Shown piece after piece: positions 1 to 7,603 of a stretch of DNA of 32,000 bases. The translations under genes and the position numbers were made by a program. How positions within the stretch are numbered: position 1 is the stretch's first letter; the number at the start of each line of letters is the position of its first letter. This DNA comes from Gloeothece verrucosa PCC 7822 (GTDB taxonomy: Bacteria; Cyanobacteriota; Cyanobacteriia; Cyanobacteriales; Microcystaceae), in assembly GCF_000147335.1 (NCBI RefSeq), contig NC_014534.1, positions 124,773-156,772 of the forward strand, given 5' to 3'. The notes beneath the pieces were generated by a model. It was given only the letters and a program-made list of their open reading frames with translations, was not told the origin of the DNA and searched no databases.

Positions 1-228
1 GTGATTCTTTAAGATTTTTTCGGCTTGGGCTATTCGCTCTGGGTCACTTGATTGAACGTAGAACTCATCCAAGTGTCCTACACTGACGGAAATATCTGGA
101 CAAAATGATTCTAGCAAGCTATTAGAGAGCTTCTCGATCCAGTAAGGTTGCTCTTGACGTTGGTTAGCAAAAGGATTGGGAAGATATTCGCCAGATATCA
201 AATCGATGTGCTTAATGTGTAAAACCAT
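1..228 (-). CDS. hypothetical protein, N-terminal 76 codons (gene runs off the left edge)
   Basis: Uninterrupted minus-strand frame from ATG at 228 to base 1 (MVLHIKHIDLISGEYLPNPF...). It is absent from the ORF track only because no stop lies in the window. No family recognised. Confidence 0.3.
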   Translation of the reverse strand, partial: MVLHIKHIDLISGEYLPNPFANQRQEQPYWIEKLSNSLLESFCPDISVSVGHLDEFYVQSSDPERIAQAEKILKNH

Positions 229-267
229 AATTTAATTAAAAAAATTTATATTTTGAGGAGAAAAAAA

Positions 268-618
268 ATGGGAAAAAACCCAAATATGAGATTAGATGAT
301 TACGATAAACAGTTCTACGACGAGCAAGGGAATCTTCTGCCGGAATGGGAGTTTCCTTTTACTTTATGGGATGATAGTTACTCTTATTATCCCGACGGAA
401 CACCCCGTCCGGAATTCAAAGAAAGAGTCTGGAAGTCCGATATGAGTAGTGCCGGCGTTGCCTACGCTTTATCCTACAGAGAAGAAGAAGTTCAAGAATG
501 GCGTGAAAAAGAAGAACTTTGGCAGCAACAATTCGGAATTAGCCGTAGAGAGCGAATACGAGAAAACTATCTCAAACAGCAAGAAGAAATCCGTAACTCG
601 TTTAAACGGAGGAAATAA
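268..618 (+). CDS. hypothetical protein with Glu/Lys/Arg-rich C-terminus
   Basis: ORF track 253..618. A GAGGAG Shine-Dalgarno at 255-260 favours the ATG at 268 (MGKNPNMRLDDY...). No recognisable domain. Confidence 0.5.
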   Translation: MGKNPNMRLDDYDKQFYDEQGNLLPEWEFPFTLWDDSYSYYPDGTPRPEFKERVWKSDMSSAGVAYALSYREEEVQEWREKEELWQQQFGISRRERIRENYLKQQEEIRNSFKRRK

Positions 619-750
619 AGCTAATTTTTGCTTAAACCAAGTCCTAATGTCGGGGCGGGGGAAGAAGCGGCTTGGTTAAAGGAAAGGTGCATTTTTGAAA
701 ATTATAGCACTCGCTCGAAAAAAAGGCTTAAATAATCAAAACCTGATCAA

Positions 751-931
751 GTGATCAACGCTTTACAGCATCAAAGGTTAAAGCACAGGATGATAAAGGT
801 AAAACTAAGTCTATTTTAGGAAGTGATCAACGCTTTACAGCATCAAAGGTTAAAGCACTCTCATAATCGTCCATTTCTTCTAATTTTTTTGTCCGGTGAT
901 CAACGCCTTGCGGCATCAAAGGTTAAAGCAC
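751..931 (+). CRISPR. orphan CRISPR-like mini-array: three 36-bp repeats, two spacers (36 and 37 bp)
   Basis: GTGATCAACGCTTTACAGCATCAAAGGTTAAAGCAC at 751-786 and 823-858, plus a variant with 3 substitutions at 896-931. The spacers are unrelated to each other. The degenerate third repeat and the AT-rich left flank suggest plus-strand transcription, so orientation is tentative. No cas gene in the window. Confidence 0.6.
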
Positions 932-974
932 TTAATCAAGATTTAAAAGTCTAGAAACTAAAACTGTAATTAAT

Positions 975-1305
975 TTTTTTTAAGGTTTGACGCACGGTTT
1001 CATGGCTTACCTGCTCAACATAATTTAGTTCTATCATTTTTTCGGCTAATAATCGTAGAGTCCAACGTCCTTGCCCCTGTGGGGGTTCGCTACAGGCGTT
1101 CGGCGATTAAATGAGCTTCTTGCTCCCCATTGAAACGCGGCGCTTTGCGATTAACCTGTTCTTTGCGGGCTAATGCGGCTTCAATGCCGTCTTCAACAAA
1201 GCGTTTACGTACTCTCTCTAGTGTTGAGATACTCAGATCCAGAGCTTGACTGATAGCTTGGTCACTTAAACTCTCGGTCTGGGAGTTAATATCCGCTTTT
1301 AACAA
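975..1305 (-). pseudogene. IS630-family transposase, N-terminal HTH fragment (frameshifted, truncated)
   Basis: ORF 1090..1305 (LSISTLERVRKRFVEDGIEAAL...FNGEQEAHLIA) continues in another frame as SEPPQGQGRWTLRLLAEKMIELNYVEQVSHETVRQTLKK, the typical IS630 N-terminus. No DDE domain follows. Confidence 0.65.
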
Positions 1306-1364
1306 AAAAATTTTTTTCTATAATAATCCATTAGGATAATTGTTCGAGATTAAAAAACCTAAGA

Positions 1365-1463
1365 TATACTACATGGGTTAAAAATGAATAATTATACTAC
1401 AACGAATTTATAAGGTTTTGGATACCGAAAACAAGAGGATATATTGTCAGGTGTTGTAGTATA
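1365..1463. repeat. cluster of three TGTAGTATA motifs (two on one strand, one inverted)
   Basis: TATACTACA at 1365-1373 and 1393-1401, and TGTAGTATA at 1455-1463. The same 9-mer clusters again at 10710-10807. Confidence 0.5.
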
Positions 1464-1637
1464 GTCAGGAAATTATACCTTTTTACCAAGAAAAAACGGA
1501 GAGTATGATAATTCGTCGGCTGAATTTGGGTATTCTAAACGGAGAACAAGTATAATCACAAAGAAGATAAATCAAACGAGTTTTTGCATAATTTGCCTAA
1601 ACGTTGTGAGATTTGAGCCTAGTATAGGAGAGTTTTT

Positions 1638-1841
1638 GTGTCTAATTCAATTGAGGGTGCAATTGTTGGGGGTAAGTATGATATCCAAGTCAAACTTGGG
1701 CAAGGAGGAAGTAGTGTTGTTTATTTAGCTAAAAAGTTAGGTAGTAATGAACGTTATGCAATTAAAACTCTTTCTACTGATGAAGATAATGCTATTAAGC
1801 TTTTAATCAGAGAGACTGAAAATTTAAAACGACATGTTTAA
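1638..1841 (+). pseudogene. Ser/Thr protein kinase, N-terminal fragment only
   Basis: Glycine loop and VAIK-type lysine (GQGGSSVVYLAK...YAIKTL), GTG start. The ORF stops after 67 codons, 6 bp from the truncated end of tnsB. Confidence 0.55.
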
Positions 1842-1847
1842 TCATAC

Positions 1848-2865
1848 CTAAAATTTAAAGTCTAACTGGGTGGCCACGAGTTTCTTGTGGTCACTTTTAA
1901 ATTCTCTAGCTCTATCGGTTACAAGATATTCGGGAATCCCATGTTCAACCCATTCATTAATTAATCCATACTTTTCTTTTACCTGCTTAGGTAAAATGGC
2001 ATTACGCAGAGCTAATGCCACTCGATGAGAATCGGCTGCCACAAAGCCTAAATAATAACCGACAATACAGCCAAAATAACTGTCCATGATAATTGTTAAA
2101 TAAGGACGGATGGGTTCTCCTTTTCTATCTCGGATAATTTCGGGTTTGAGTAATGAATCTTTATTTTTAATATTTTCAACAATAAATACATCCAGTTGAG
2201 TATGGTCAGCTTGCCAAATTTGATTACTATGGGTGATATGTAGGTTTTCGTCAATCGTTTGCACTATTTGATGGTCAATATCCGCGCCCGGATGACGTGC
2301 TTTAAACTTATAGACAGTGACATGAGAAGGATATTTGAGCGCGATTAAATCTTCTAAGACTTCAGGATAAGGTTTTAAATATTTGGCAATACCATCTTTT
2401 TTCTGTACCTCTGTTCTGAGTTTTTCTCCTTGTGACGCTAAAGACGTTATTGCTACATAGAGTTGACTGATATTGCTTTTTGAACCTTCTTTTTGTCCCC
2501 ATTCGTAGAGTTTGATGATGAAATCACGCCACTGCGTAAGATATGCGGTACTGTCCTTTATCTTGACGACCAACCGCTAAAGTAGCCACCCCTTCATGAA
2601 CTATTTTTGCCAACAACCGTCTAATGGTGCGAGTGCTTTTTCCAAGGGTTTTAGCGGCTTGCTTGATAGCTTCTGCACGTTCGTTTTTATTGGATGCTTG
2701 CCCAATCGCACTCAGGACATCAAGTTTTTGTTCAACTTCGGGAGTAAGTTCGGTATTAATCAGCTTTAAGGGATTTTGAAGAATTTTTGAGCTTTTTACG
2801 GACTTTAGTTCCTCTTCATCAGCGCATAGTTCAATTTCATTAGGGTTGATGCCTGATAGCGTCAT
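1848..2865 (-). pseudogene. tnsB: Tn7-like transposase TnsB (frameshifted and 3'-truncated)
   Basis: ORFs 2524..2865 and 1848..2573 join across a 1-nt frameshift. The product has an N-terminal HTH (KSTRTIRRLLAKI...DKGQYRIS), then WRDFIIKLYEWGQKEGSK, then a DDE core (SNQIWQADHTQLDVFIVE, RPYLTIIMDSYFGCIVGYYLGF, PEYLVTDRAREFKSDH). It ends right after the second catalytic Asp region, so the third catalytic residue and the C-terminal half are missing. The layout resembles my recollection of cyanobacterial type V-K CAST TnsB. Confidence 0.75.
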
Positions 2866-2897
2866 GATAGTTTAAGACAAAGGTTGGCTTGAGAAAA

Positions 2898-3099
2898 CAA
2901 TAAATGACATCATTTACTTTAAAAAGTTTAGCAGGGTTTTTCAATAAATGACATCATTTACTTTAAAATGTGGGTTGAGGTTATTTTGGGTTCTTAAGTG
3001 GCTCAAAGCAAGATGCAGAGAGAGCTTAAGACTATAAGGAGGGGATTAAAAATTGTGACAATAATTCTTTAAACAGTGACAATAATTATTTAAAGTACA
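2898..3099 (-). mobile_element. Tn7-like (CAST-type) transposon left end with four TnsB-site-like repeats
   Basis: 27-bp direct repeats CAATAAATGACATCATTTACTTTAAAA at 2898-2924 and 2942-2968. Tandem 20-bp repeats GTGACAATAATT[C/A]TTTAAA at 3055-3074 and 3076-3095. All four share a TGACA..ATT..TTTAAA core. The element ends ...AGTACA at 3099, which is 5'-TGTAC on the tnsB strand. tnsB starts about 30 bp inside the innermost repeat. Confidence 0.6.
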
Positions 3100-3202
3100 C
3101 TAGCCGTAATCCTTGTACAGCAAAGGTTTCAGGATTTTGCAAGCACCTCGAGACAAAGGAAAGTTGTCTTTAATCCATACACAATAAGGGTTATAGATAT
3201 TT

Positions 3203-3841
3203 TTAAGGCTGAAATTGTGTCATTAACCATTTGCCAACCGCAGATTGATCGGATTGACGACTTTGACGTAAAGCGTCTTCTAAAATACCTATATCTAAGC
3301 TTGAGAGAACATTAGATCTAACTATCTGGTAAGACCCCTTATTTTGCATTTGATAAGCGATGATTTTAGTATTTTCGACATCAACAATCCAATATTCTTT
3401 TATCCCTAATGCTTCATAGAGAGAGCGCTTTGTGCCTAAATCATCAAGTAAACTGGTTTTAGCCACTTCAACAACTAAATCTGGGGAGGGATATTGATTG
3501 AGATTAACGATATTTGTTCCTTGAGGAATAATTTTAGCTTTATCGCCTACATAGCCAGAAATATCGGGTTGGCATTCTTTTATCCCTGCCTTACGATAAG
3601 AACAGTTATCCAATAAAGTGAGGGGAATCCCTGCGTAAACGCTAAATAAATTAATGGCAAAGACAATAACGCTATGGTCTTTACTATGATCAAAACCAAC
3701 GGGTAGCATTTCTAATCTCATGTGATGGTGATAATAATAAGCTTTAGCTTTTTTATAGGCAGGGTCTTCAATAATTTGCAGAAAATCCTCCCATTTGGCA
3801 GGAATCCAAATATCTGTTGCTATTAAGGTTGGATTGATCAT
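3203..3841 (-). CDS. Uma2-family (DUF820) restriction-endonuclease-like protein
   Basis: Typical C-terminal core PDLVVEVAKTSLLDDLGTKRSLYEALGIKEYWIVDV. This family is abundant in cyanobacteria. Confidence 0.8.
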   Translation of the reverse strand: MINPTLIATDIWIPAKWEDFLQIIEDPAYKKAKAYYYHHHMRLEMLPVGFDHSKDHSVIVFAINLFSVYAGIPLTLLDNCSYRKAGIKECQPDISGYVGDKAKIIPQGTNIVNLNQYPSPDLVVEVAKTSLLDDLGTKRSLYEALGIKEYWIVDVENTKIIAYQMQNKGSYQIVRSNVLSSLDIGILEDALRQSRQSDQSAVGKWLMTQFQP

Positions 3842-4031
3842 CGGCTTTTATTAAGAATTTACCTTTATTTTAGAGTGAGTTAATCGCCTAGCGGCATTAG
3901 ATAAGAGCAAAATCAATTAGGATTTCTGGGTATCCAAGTCTAGGCATACTTAGCAAGACTTAAGCAATTTTTATGGATAAAAAGGCAGCACCAAATGGCT
4001 ACCTTCTCCCCAAAAACTCGAATTAAAACAA

Positions 4032-4493
4032 TTAAAAAGGAATATCGTCGCAATTATCATCAATTGGCTTTTTACCATTCTGATGTGCCCCCGCTCCAAC
4101 TCCAGCACCTACAAGCTCTAGCTTAGGTTTGGAGACAGGAACGATAACTTCAGGTATAGCGACGGGAGCCGCGTCAATTGAAGCAGGAGCCGCATTAACC
4201 AAAAAGGCTTGCTGAATATGAAGCAACAAGGAATGATTAGGTGAGGTCTGAGATGGCTTGAAAATATCCAAGCGACCTACAGCTATCCAAACAGCATTTT
4301 CACCAGCATTTAAAATTGCTCCGCCTGTGCCGTTATACGCATCAAACTCGATAGAAGATTGAAGAGTTTGTTTAGAATTGGTGTCGTAAAACTGGAACCA
4401 GCAACTACCACTAACTTTTTTGACTCCGCCATCTTCACTATATTCAACGGGTGTAACTGATTCGATTTTAATTTTTAAGGTAGTTTGATTCAT
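4032..4493 (-). CDS. divergent SSB-like protein with a canonical acidic C-terminal tip (DDIPF)
   Basis: Start moved to the ATG at 4493 (MNQTTLKIK), which has a GGGAGA SD; the track start at 4544 lies inside the upstream terminator. It has a beta-rich N-domain with an SSB-like segment (ENAVWIAVGRLDIF), an Ala/Pro/Val/Gly linker, and ends ...IDDNCDDIPF, which matches the bacterial SSB C-terminal tip. Confidence 0.55.
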   Translation of the reverse strand: MNQTTLKIKIESVTPVEYSEDGGVKKVSGSCWFQFYDTNSKQTLQSSIEFDAYNGTGGAILNAGENAVWIAVGRLDIFKPSQTSPNHSLLLHIQQAFLVNAAPASIDAAPVAIPEVIVPVSKPKLELVGAGVGAGAHQNGKKPIDDNCDDIPF

Positions 4494-4519
4494 AATTCTC
4501 CCTAAAATACTGTTATTTT

Positions 4520-4543
4520 CCAAAAAAAAAGCCCGAAAGGGCA
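4520..4543 (-). terminator. putative intrinsic terminator (GCCC-UUUC-GGGC plus U9) after ssb
   Basis: Plus strand is A9 then GCCCGAAAGGGC at 4522-4542. A near-identical roughly 32-bp cassette recurs at 4970-4993. The stem is short (4 bp). Confidence 0.45.
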
Positions 4544-4566
4544 AAAATATCGAAAAAATTGCAGAA

Positions 4567-4944
4567 TTAAAAATTAGGTTTACTTACAACACCAGTAGCC
4601 AGTGCTGGCTGAGAAGTCGAGTTTTTGGTTACTAAAAGCTCTAAGGATTTAACTTTGATAACAGGCTTAGTGCGAACCTCCCCCGTGCTGTTGTCAGTCC
4701 AAGATTCGATCGTTAGTTCGCCTTTAACTCCCACGAGGGAGCCTTTGGAGCAATAATCACCCGCGACTTCAGCCGCCTTGCCCCAAACTTCGCAGGGAAA
4801 CCAGTTAGCCTCAGCATTTTTGCCCTCGCCACGATCGTCGGCTAGATTGAACTTAGCCAGAACGCTACCTGACTGAAAATAGCGAATTTCTGGATCTTGC
4901 CCTAAACGACCAGTAACGCTGATTTGATTGATGTTATTGTTCAT
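4567..4944 (-). CDS. ssb: single-stranded DNA-binding protein (OB fold) lacking the acidic tip
   Basis: MNNNINQISVTGRLGQDPEIRYFQSGSVLAKFNLA...WFPCEVWGKAAEVAGDYCSKGSLVGVKGELTIESW is the classic SSB OB-fold pattern. The C-terminus is ...VVSKPNF, with no DDIPF. Confidence 0.85.
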   Translation of the reverse strand: MNNNINQISVTGRLGQDPEIRYFQSGSVLAKFNLADDRGEGKNAEANWFPCEVWGKAAEVAGDYCSKGSLVGVKGELTIESWTDNSTGEVRTKPVIKVKSLELLVTKNSTSQPALATGVVSKPNF

Positions 4945-4969
4945 AATTTCTTGTGAAGTAATTTATTTT

Positions 4970-4993
4970 TCAAAAAAAAAGCCCGAAAGGGCA
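4970..4993 (-). terminator. putative intrinsic terminator, second copy of the cassette
   Basis: A9 then GCCCGAAAGGGC at 4972-4992, downstream of the 5015..5533 gene on the minus strand. Confidence 0.45.
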
Positions 4994-5014
4994 AACAACG
5001 CGAGGAAACTACAG

Positions 5015-5533
5015 TTATTTATATGTTCTTAATAATCGATATTTTTGCTTTTTGTCACCGCGAATTTCTAAATAATAATAGCTCCCTGAGAAATTAATAG
5101 TTTGTAGCAGAGGAAGACAAGACCAATTAAAGATAGGAAGAGAGGGAAATTTTTCTACTATTTCACCGTTCGGAAGAGTTACTGATTCTCCAATATGAAT
5201 ATATATCGGTTGTTGAGGTAACAAAGTAAAATTTTGAGAATCAACTAAATAACATTCCCCTTTTTTCGTTTGAATAATATCGCCTACGTCAGTTGAACGA
5301 GAACGAGTTAAAAGAATAACAGGAATATTATCCTCTAAATCGACATTTTGAGTATATGTCCAGCCATCGCTTAATTCATTACTTTCGATGATCGCCACTA
5401 AACTTAATTGTTCTTCATCGATTATTTCGGGCTGATAGTTTCTTTGATCGACCATAGCCCAAAGCCTTTCAAATATTTCTAATTGATTATGAATTACTAA
5501 CAACATAGTTTTGGTTAAAGATGAATTTTTCAA
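5015..5533 (-). CDS. hypothetical protein (172 aa)
   Basis: Clean ORF on the same strand as the ssb genes, bracketed by terminator-like hairpins. No motif recognised. Confidence 0.45.
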   Translation of the reverse strand: MKNSSLTKTMLLVIHNQLEIFERLWAMVDQRNYQPEIIDEEQLSLVAIIESNELSDGWTYTQNVDLEDNIPVILLTRSRSTDVGDIIQTKKGECYLVDSQNFTLLPQQPIYIHIGESVTLPNGEIVEKFPSLPIFNWSCLPLLQTINFSGSYYYLEIRGDKKQKYRLLRTYK

Positions 5534-5550
5534 GCAATTTTGCCAACGGC

Positions 5551-5577
5551 AGAAAAAAAACTCCTCAAAGAGGAGGA
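5551..5577 (-). terminator. putative intrinsic terminator (CCUCCUC-UUU-GAGGAG plus U8)
   Basis: Plus strand is A8 (5553-5560) then CTCCTCAAAGAGGAG (5561-5575). Confidence 0.5.
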
Positions 5578-5914
5578 AAAATTAAACTAAATAGCTAACA
5601 GAAAGAGCAATAAAGCTAATAGTAAAATACGAGTTTTTTCTCGGCATAAACCAGGAAGACGAAAATGAGTAATTGTCTTCATAAAAGTAAGCTATTTGTA
5701 AAAAATCGTAATTTATATCCGAAGGATAAAAAATAGAGTTATCAGCGATTTGCTGAAAATTAATAACTGATAACTCTACAAATTAAGCTCCTAAAATATT
5801 CAGCAATTCATCCTTTTTGCACTTAGAAAGTGATTTACCAAGTTTTTGCCTGATCACTGTTTGTAGATTATGTTTCTCTACTTGATGACTCTGCGCCTTA
5901 ACAGAGCGCAGATT

Positions 5915-6535
5915 CTAAGCCGAAAAACTTAAATTTTTCTTCTTAGCTGGCATGAAGAGTTTAATCTTCATGAGACACATCAAACTGCCCCTAGATACTT
6001 TCTCCAATGAGATTGTATTTACTTTTAATTGAAACCGCCTTAACAAATTGGCGGCTGCCTGAATATCCGCATTAACTAAAATGGCATTTTTCGATTTATA
6101 TAAACCTCGTTTGATTCGTTTTCCAGAGAATTGATATCCGTCGGGTTTCTCACCATATAAGGGAATCAAATCTCCATCGAGGTACGAACTTTTTGAGGTA
6201 TAAGCCTCGTTAATTTCTTCAAAAATTAGCGCATACTGTTCACATAATTGAGCGATTCTATTTTTTAATCGTGCAATTGGTATTTGTACAAAAGCTTGCG
6301 TATTGTTACCCAATTGACAATTCTGTTTTTGCTCTTTATTCCAGCCAAAAATGATTGTTCCAATGCCTTTGTCAAGACAATAATTGATAACCAGTCTTGC
6401 CGCTTTATTGATGCCGTCTCTCATCTGGCGATTCCGCTTTTCGGTGATGGTGGCTAACCGTTTTGACCAAAATGCTTGAGGTTTACCTTTTTTAAGCGTG
6501 GAGACTTTTTTATTGTACCATCGGTTTAAACTTTT
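5915..6535 (-). pseudogene. tnpB: TnpB (IS200/IS605 OrfB, RuvC-like), C-terminal part only
   Basis: KSLNRWYNKKVSTLKKGK...GIGTIIFGWNKEQKQ...EEINEAYTSKSSYLD...KRGLYKSKNAILVNADIQAAANLLRR contains the RuvC II/III motifs. The N-terminal half is missing and the open frame runs straight into the MITE at 6536. A hairpin TCTGCGC..GCGCAGA lies just 3' of the stop. Confidence 0.75.
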
Positions 6536-6679
6536 GGTTCTACCGACTGAAGTATGCTAACTAACACAACCTAATCAATATAGAATAAAGATTTCGGCTA
6601 GTTACTAATAGTTTCTAACTAAAATCATTCGTTTACATGGCTTACAGAGATGAATTAGCATACTTGAGTCTGAAGAACC
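6536..6679. mobile_element. 144-bp MITE with ISL3-type terminal inverted repeats
   Basis: Left TIR GGTTCTACCGACTGAAGTATGCTAA (6536-6560) and right TIR TTAGCATACTTGAGTCTGAAGAACC (6655-6679) match in 22 of 25 positions. Both are nearly identical to the ends of the ISL3 element at 22413 and 23725. No ORF inside. Confidence 0.65.
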
Positions 6680-6698
6680 AATTTACTTAAAAACTAAT

Positions 6699-7538
6699 AT
6701 GACAAATATTATTGATGAATTTCTCAACTTGCCTAATTTTAATCAAGCGTGGTTTAAGGTAGCCGATAATAAAGGTTGTGCAGGGATTGATGGAGAAACC
6801 ATAGAAAAATTTGCTCTAAATTTAGATAATAATCTAACTTTCTTACTCAATTCTGTAGCTAATAGTAATTATATTCCTCAGCCGCTTCAACAAATCTTAA
6901 TTCCTAAAACTCAAGAAAAATGGCGAGAGTTAAGAATTCCCACTGTGCGGGATAGAATTGTTCAACAAGCATTATTAAATGTTCTCTATCCCGTAATGGA
7001 AAAACGTTTTTCTGATGCGAGTTTTGCTTATCGTCCTAATCGTTCTTATCTTGATGCCGTCAAAAGAGCCGCTTATTGGCGAGATTTGGGTTATCAGTGG
7101 GTATTGGATGCGGATATTGTTGAGTATTTTGATAATATTTCTCATCCTATCTTGTTAAAAGAAGTCAGAAAAACTATTGACAATTCAGGAATATTGTGCT
7201 TAATAAAAGCTTGGATTTCGGCAGTAATTTCAACCGATAAAGGAATTATTTTTCCAGAGAAAGGAATCCCTCAAGGTGCGGTTATTTCTCCGATGTTAGC
7301 TAATATTTATCTCGATGAGTTTGACCATCATTTTACTGAATCTGATTTAAAATTAGTGCGCTATGCCGATGATTTTTTATTGTTATCTAAGACTGAAGAT
7401 GCAATAATGAGCGGCTATGCTCAAGTTGTCCAGTTACTTCATTTATTAGGACTAGAGTTACATCAAGAAAAGACCCAAAGGGAGCGTGTCACTTTCGCCA
7501 AAGTGACACGCTCCCATAACACCTTCCTTTATAAGTGA
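6699..7538 (+). pseudogene. group-II-intron-like reverse transcriptase, 3'-truncated
   Basis: RT motifs 0-6 are present: NKGCAGIDGETIEKF, RELRIPTVRDRIVQQALL, FAYRPNRSYLDAV, VLDADIVEYFDNISH, GIPQGAVISPMLANIYL, VRYADDFLLL, GLELHQEKTQ. Homology stops near 7478, where a 36-bp palindrome begins. There is no motif 7, thumb/X or En domain, and no intron RNA domains flank it. Confidence 0.75.
7480..7515. repeat. perfect 16-bp-arm palindrome at the RT truncation point
   Basis: GGGAGCGTGTCACTTT-CGCC-AAAGTGACACGCTCCC. GGGAGCGT recurs at 7592-7599, next to a second hairpin CCCTCACG-TCC-CGTGAGGG (7576-7594). Confidence 0.6.
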
Positions 7539-7603
7539 AAGCTTGTTAGATAAGTTGACTGGCTGAACTGAGAACCCCTCACGTCCCGTGAGGGAGCGTC
7601 AAA

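Noticed and set aside
627-700. A hairpin (AACCAAG...CTTGGTT) and a GGTTAAAG 8-mer just upstream of the array, as a possible tracrRNA anti-repeat or truncated delocalised repeat.
   Set aside because: The complementarity to the repeat is 9 of 10 nt over only 10 nt, and the structure sits directly after the stop of the 268..618 gene. A 3'-UTR or terminator-like role is simpler, and I cannot separate the two by eye.
3100-3202. A tRNA gene or crRNA-matching protospacer next to the Tn7-like end, as expected for a homing V-K CAST.
   Set aside because: No cloverleaf-compatible sequence is present. Neither array spacer, nor the 36 nt after repeat 3, matches the 100 bp outside the end on either strand. 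The only match is a short AAAGGAAAG similarity to 680-688, which is too weak.
6536-6698. An inverted-repeat-flanked 144-bp non-coding segment immediately upstream of an RT gene, which looks like a retron msr/msd with a1/a2 repeats.
   Set aside because: The inverted repeats match the ISL3 terminal repeats at 22413/23725 almost base for base, so this is a MITE. The RT also has group-II-type motifs (RIPTVRDRIVQQ, QGAVISPMLANIYL) rather than retron-type ones.
6699-7538. The RT as part of a diversity-generating retroelement.
   Set aside because: No template/variable repeat pair is visible nearby, and motif 4 is group-II-like (QG..SP.LAN) rather than the DGR-type pattern.
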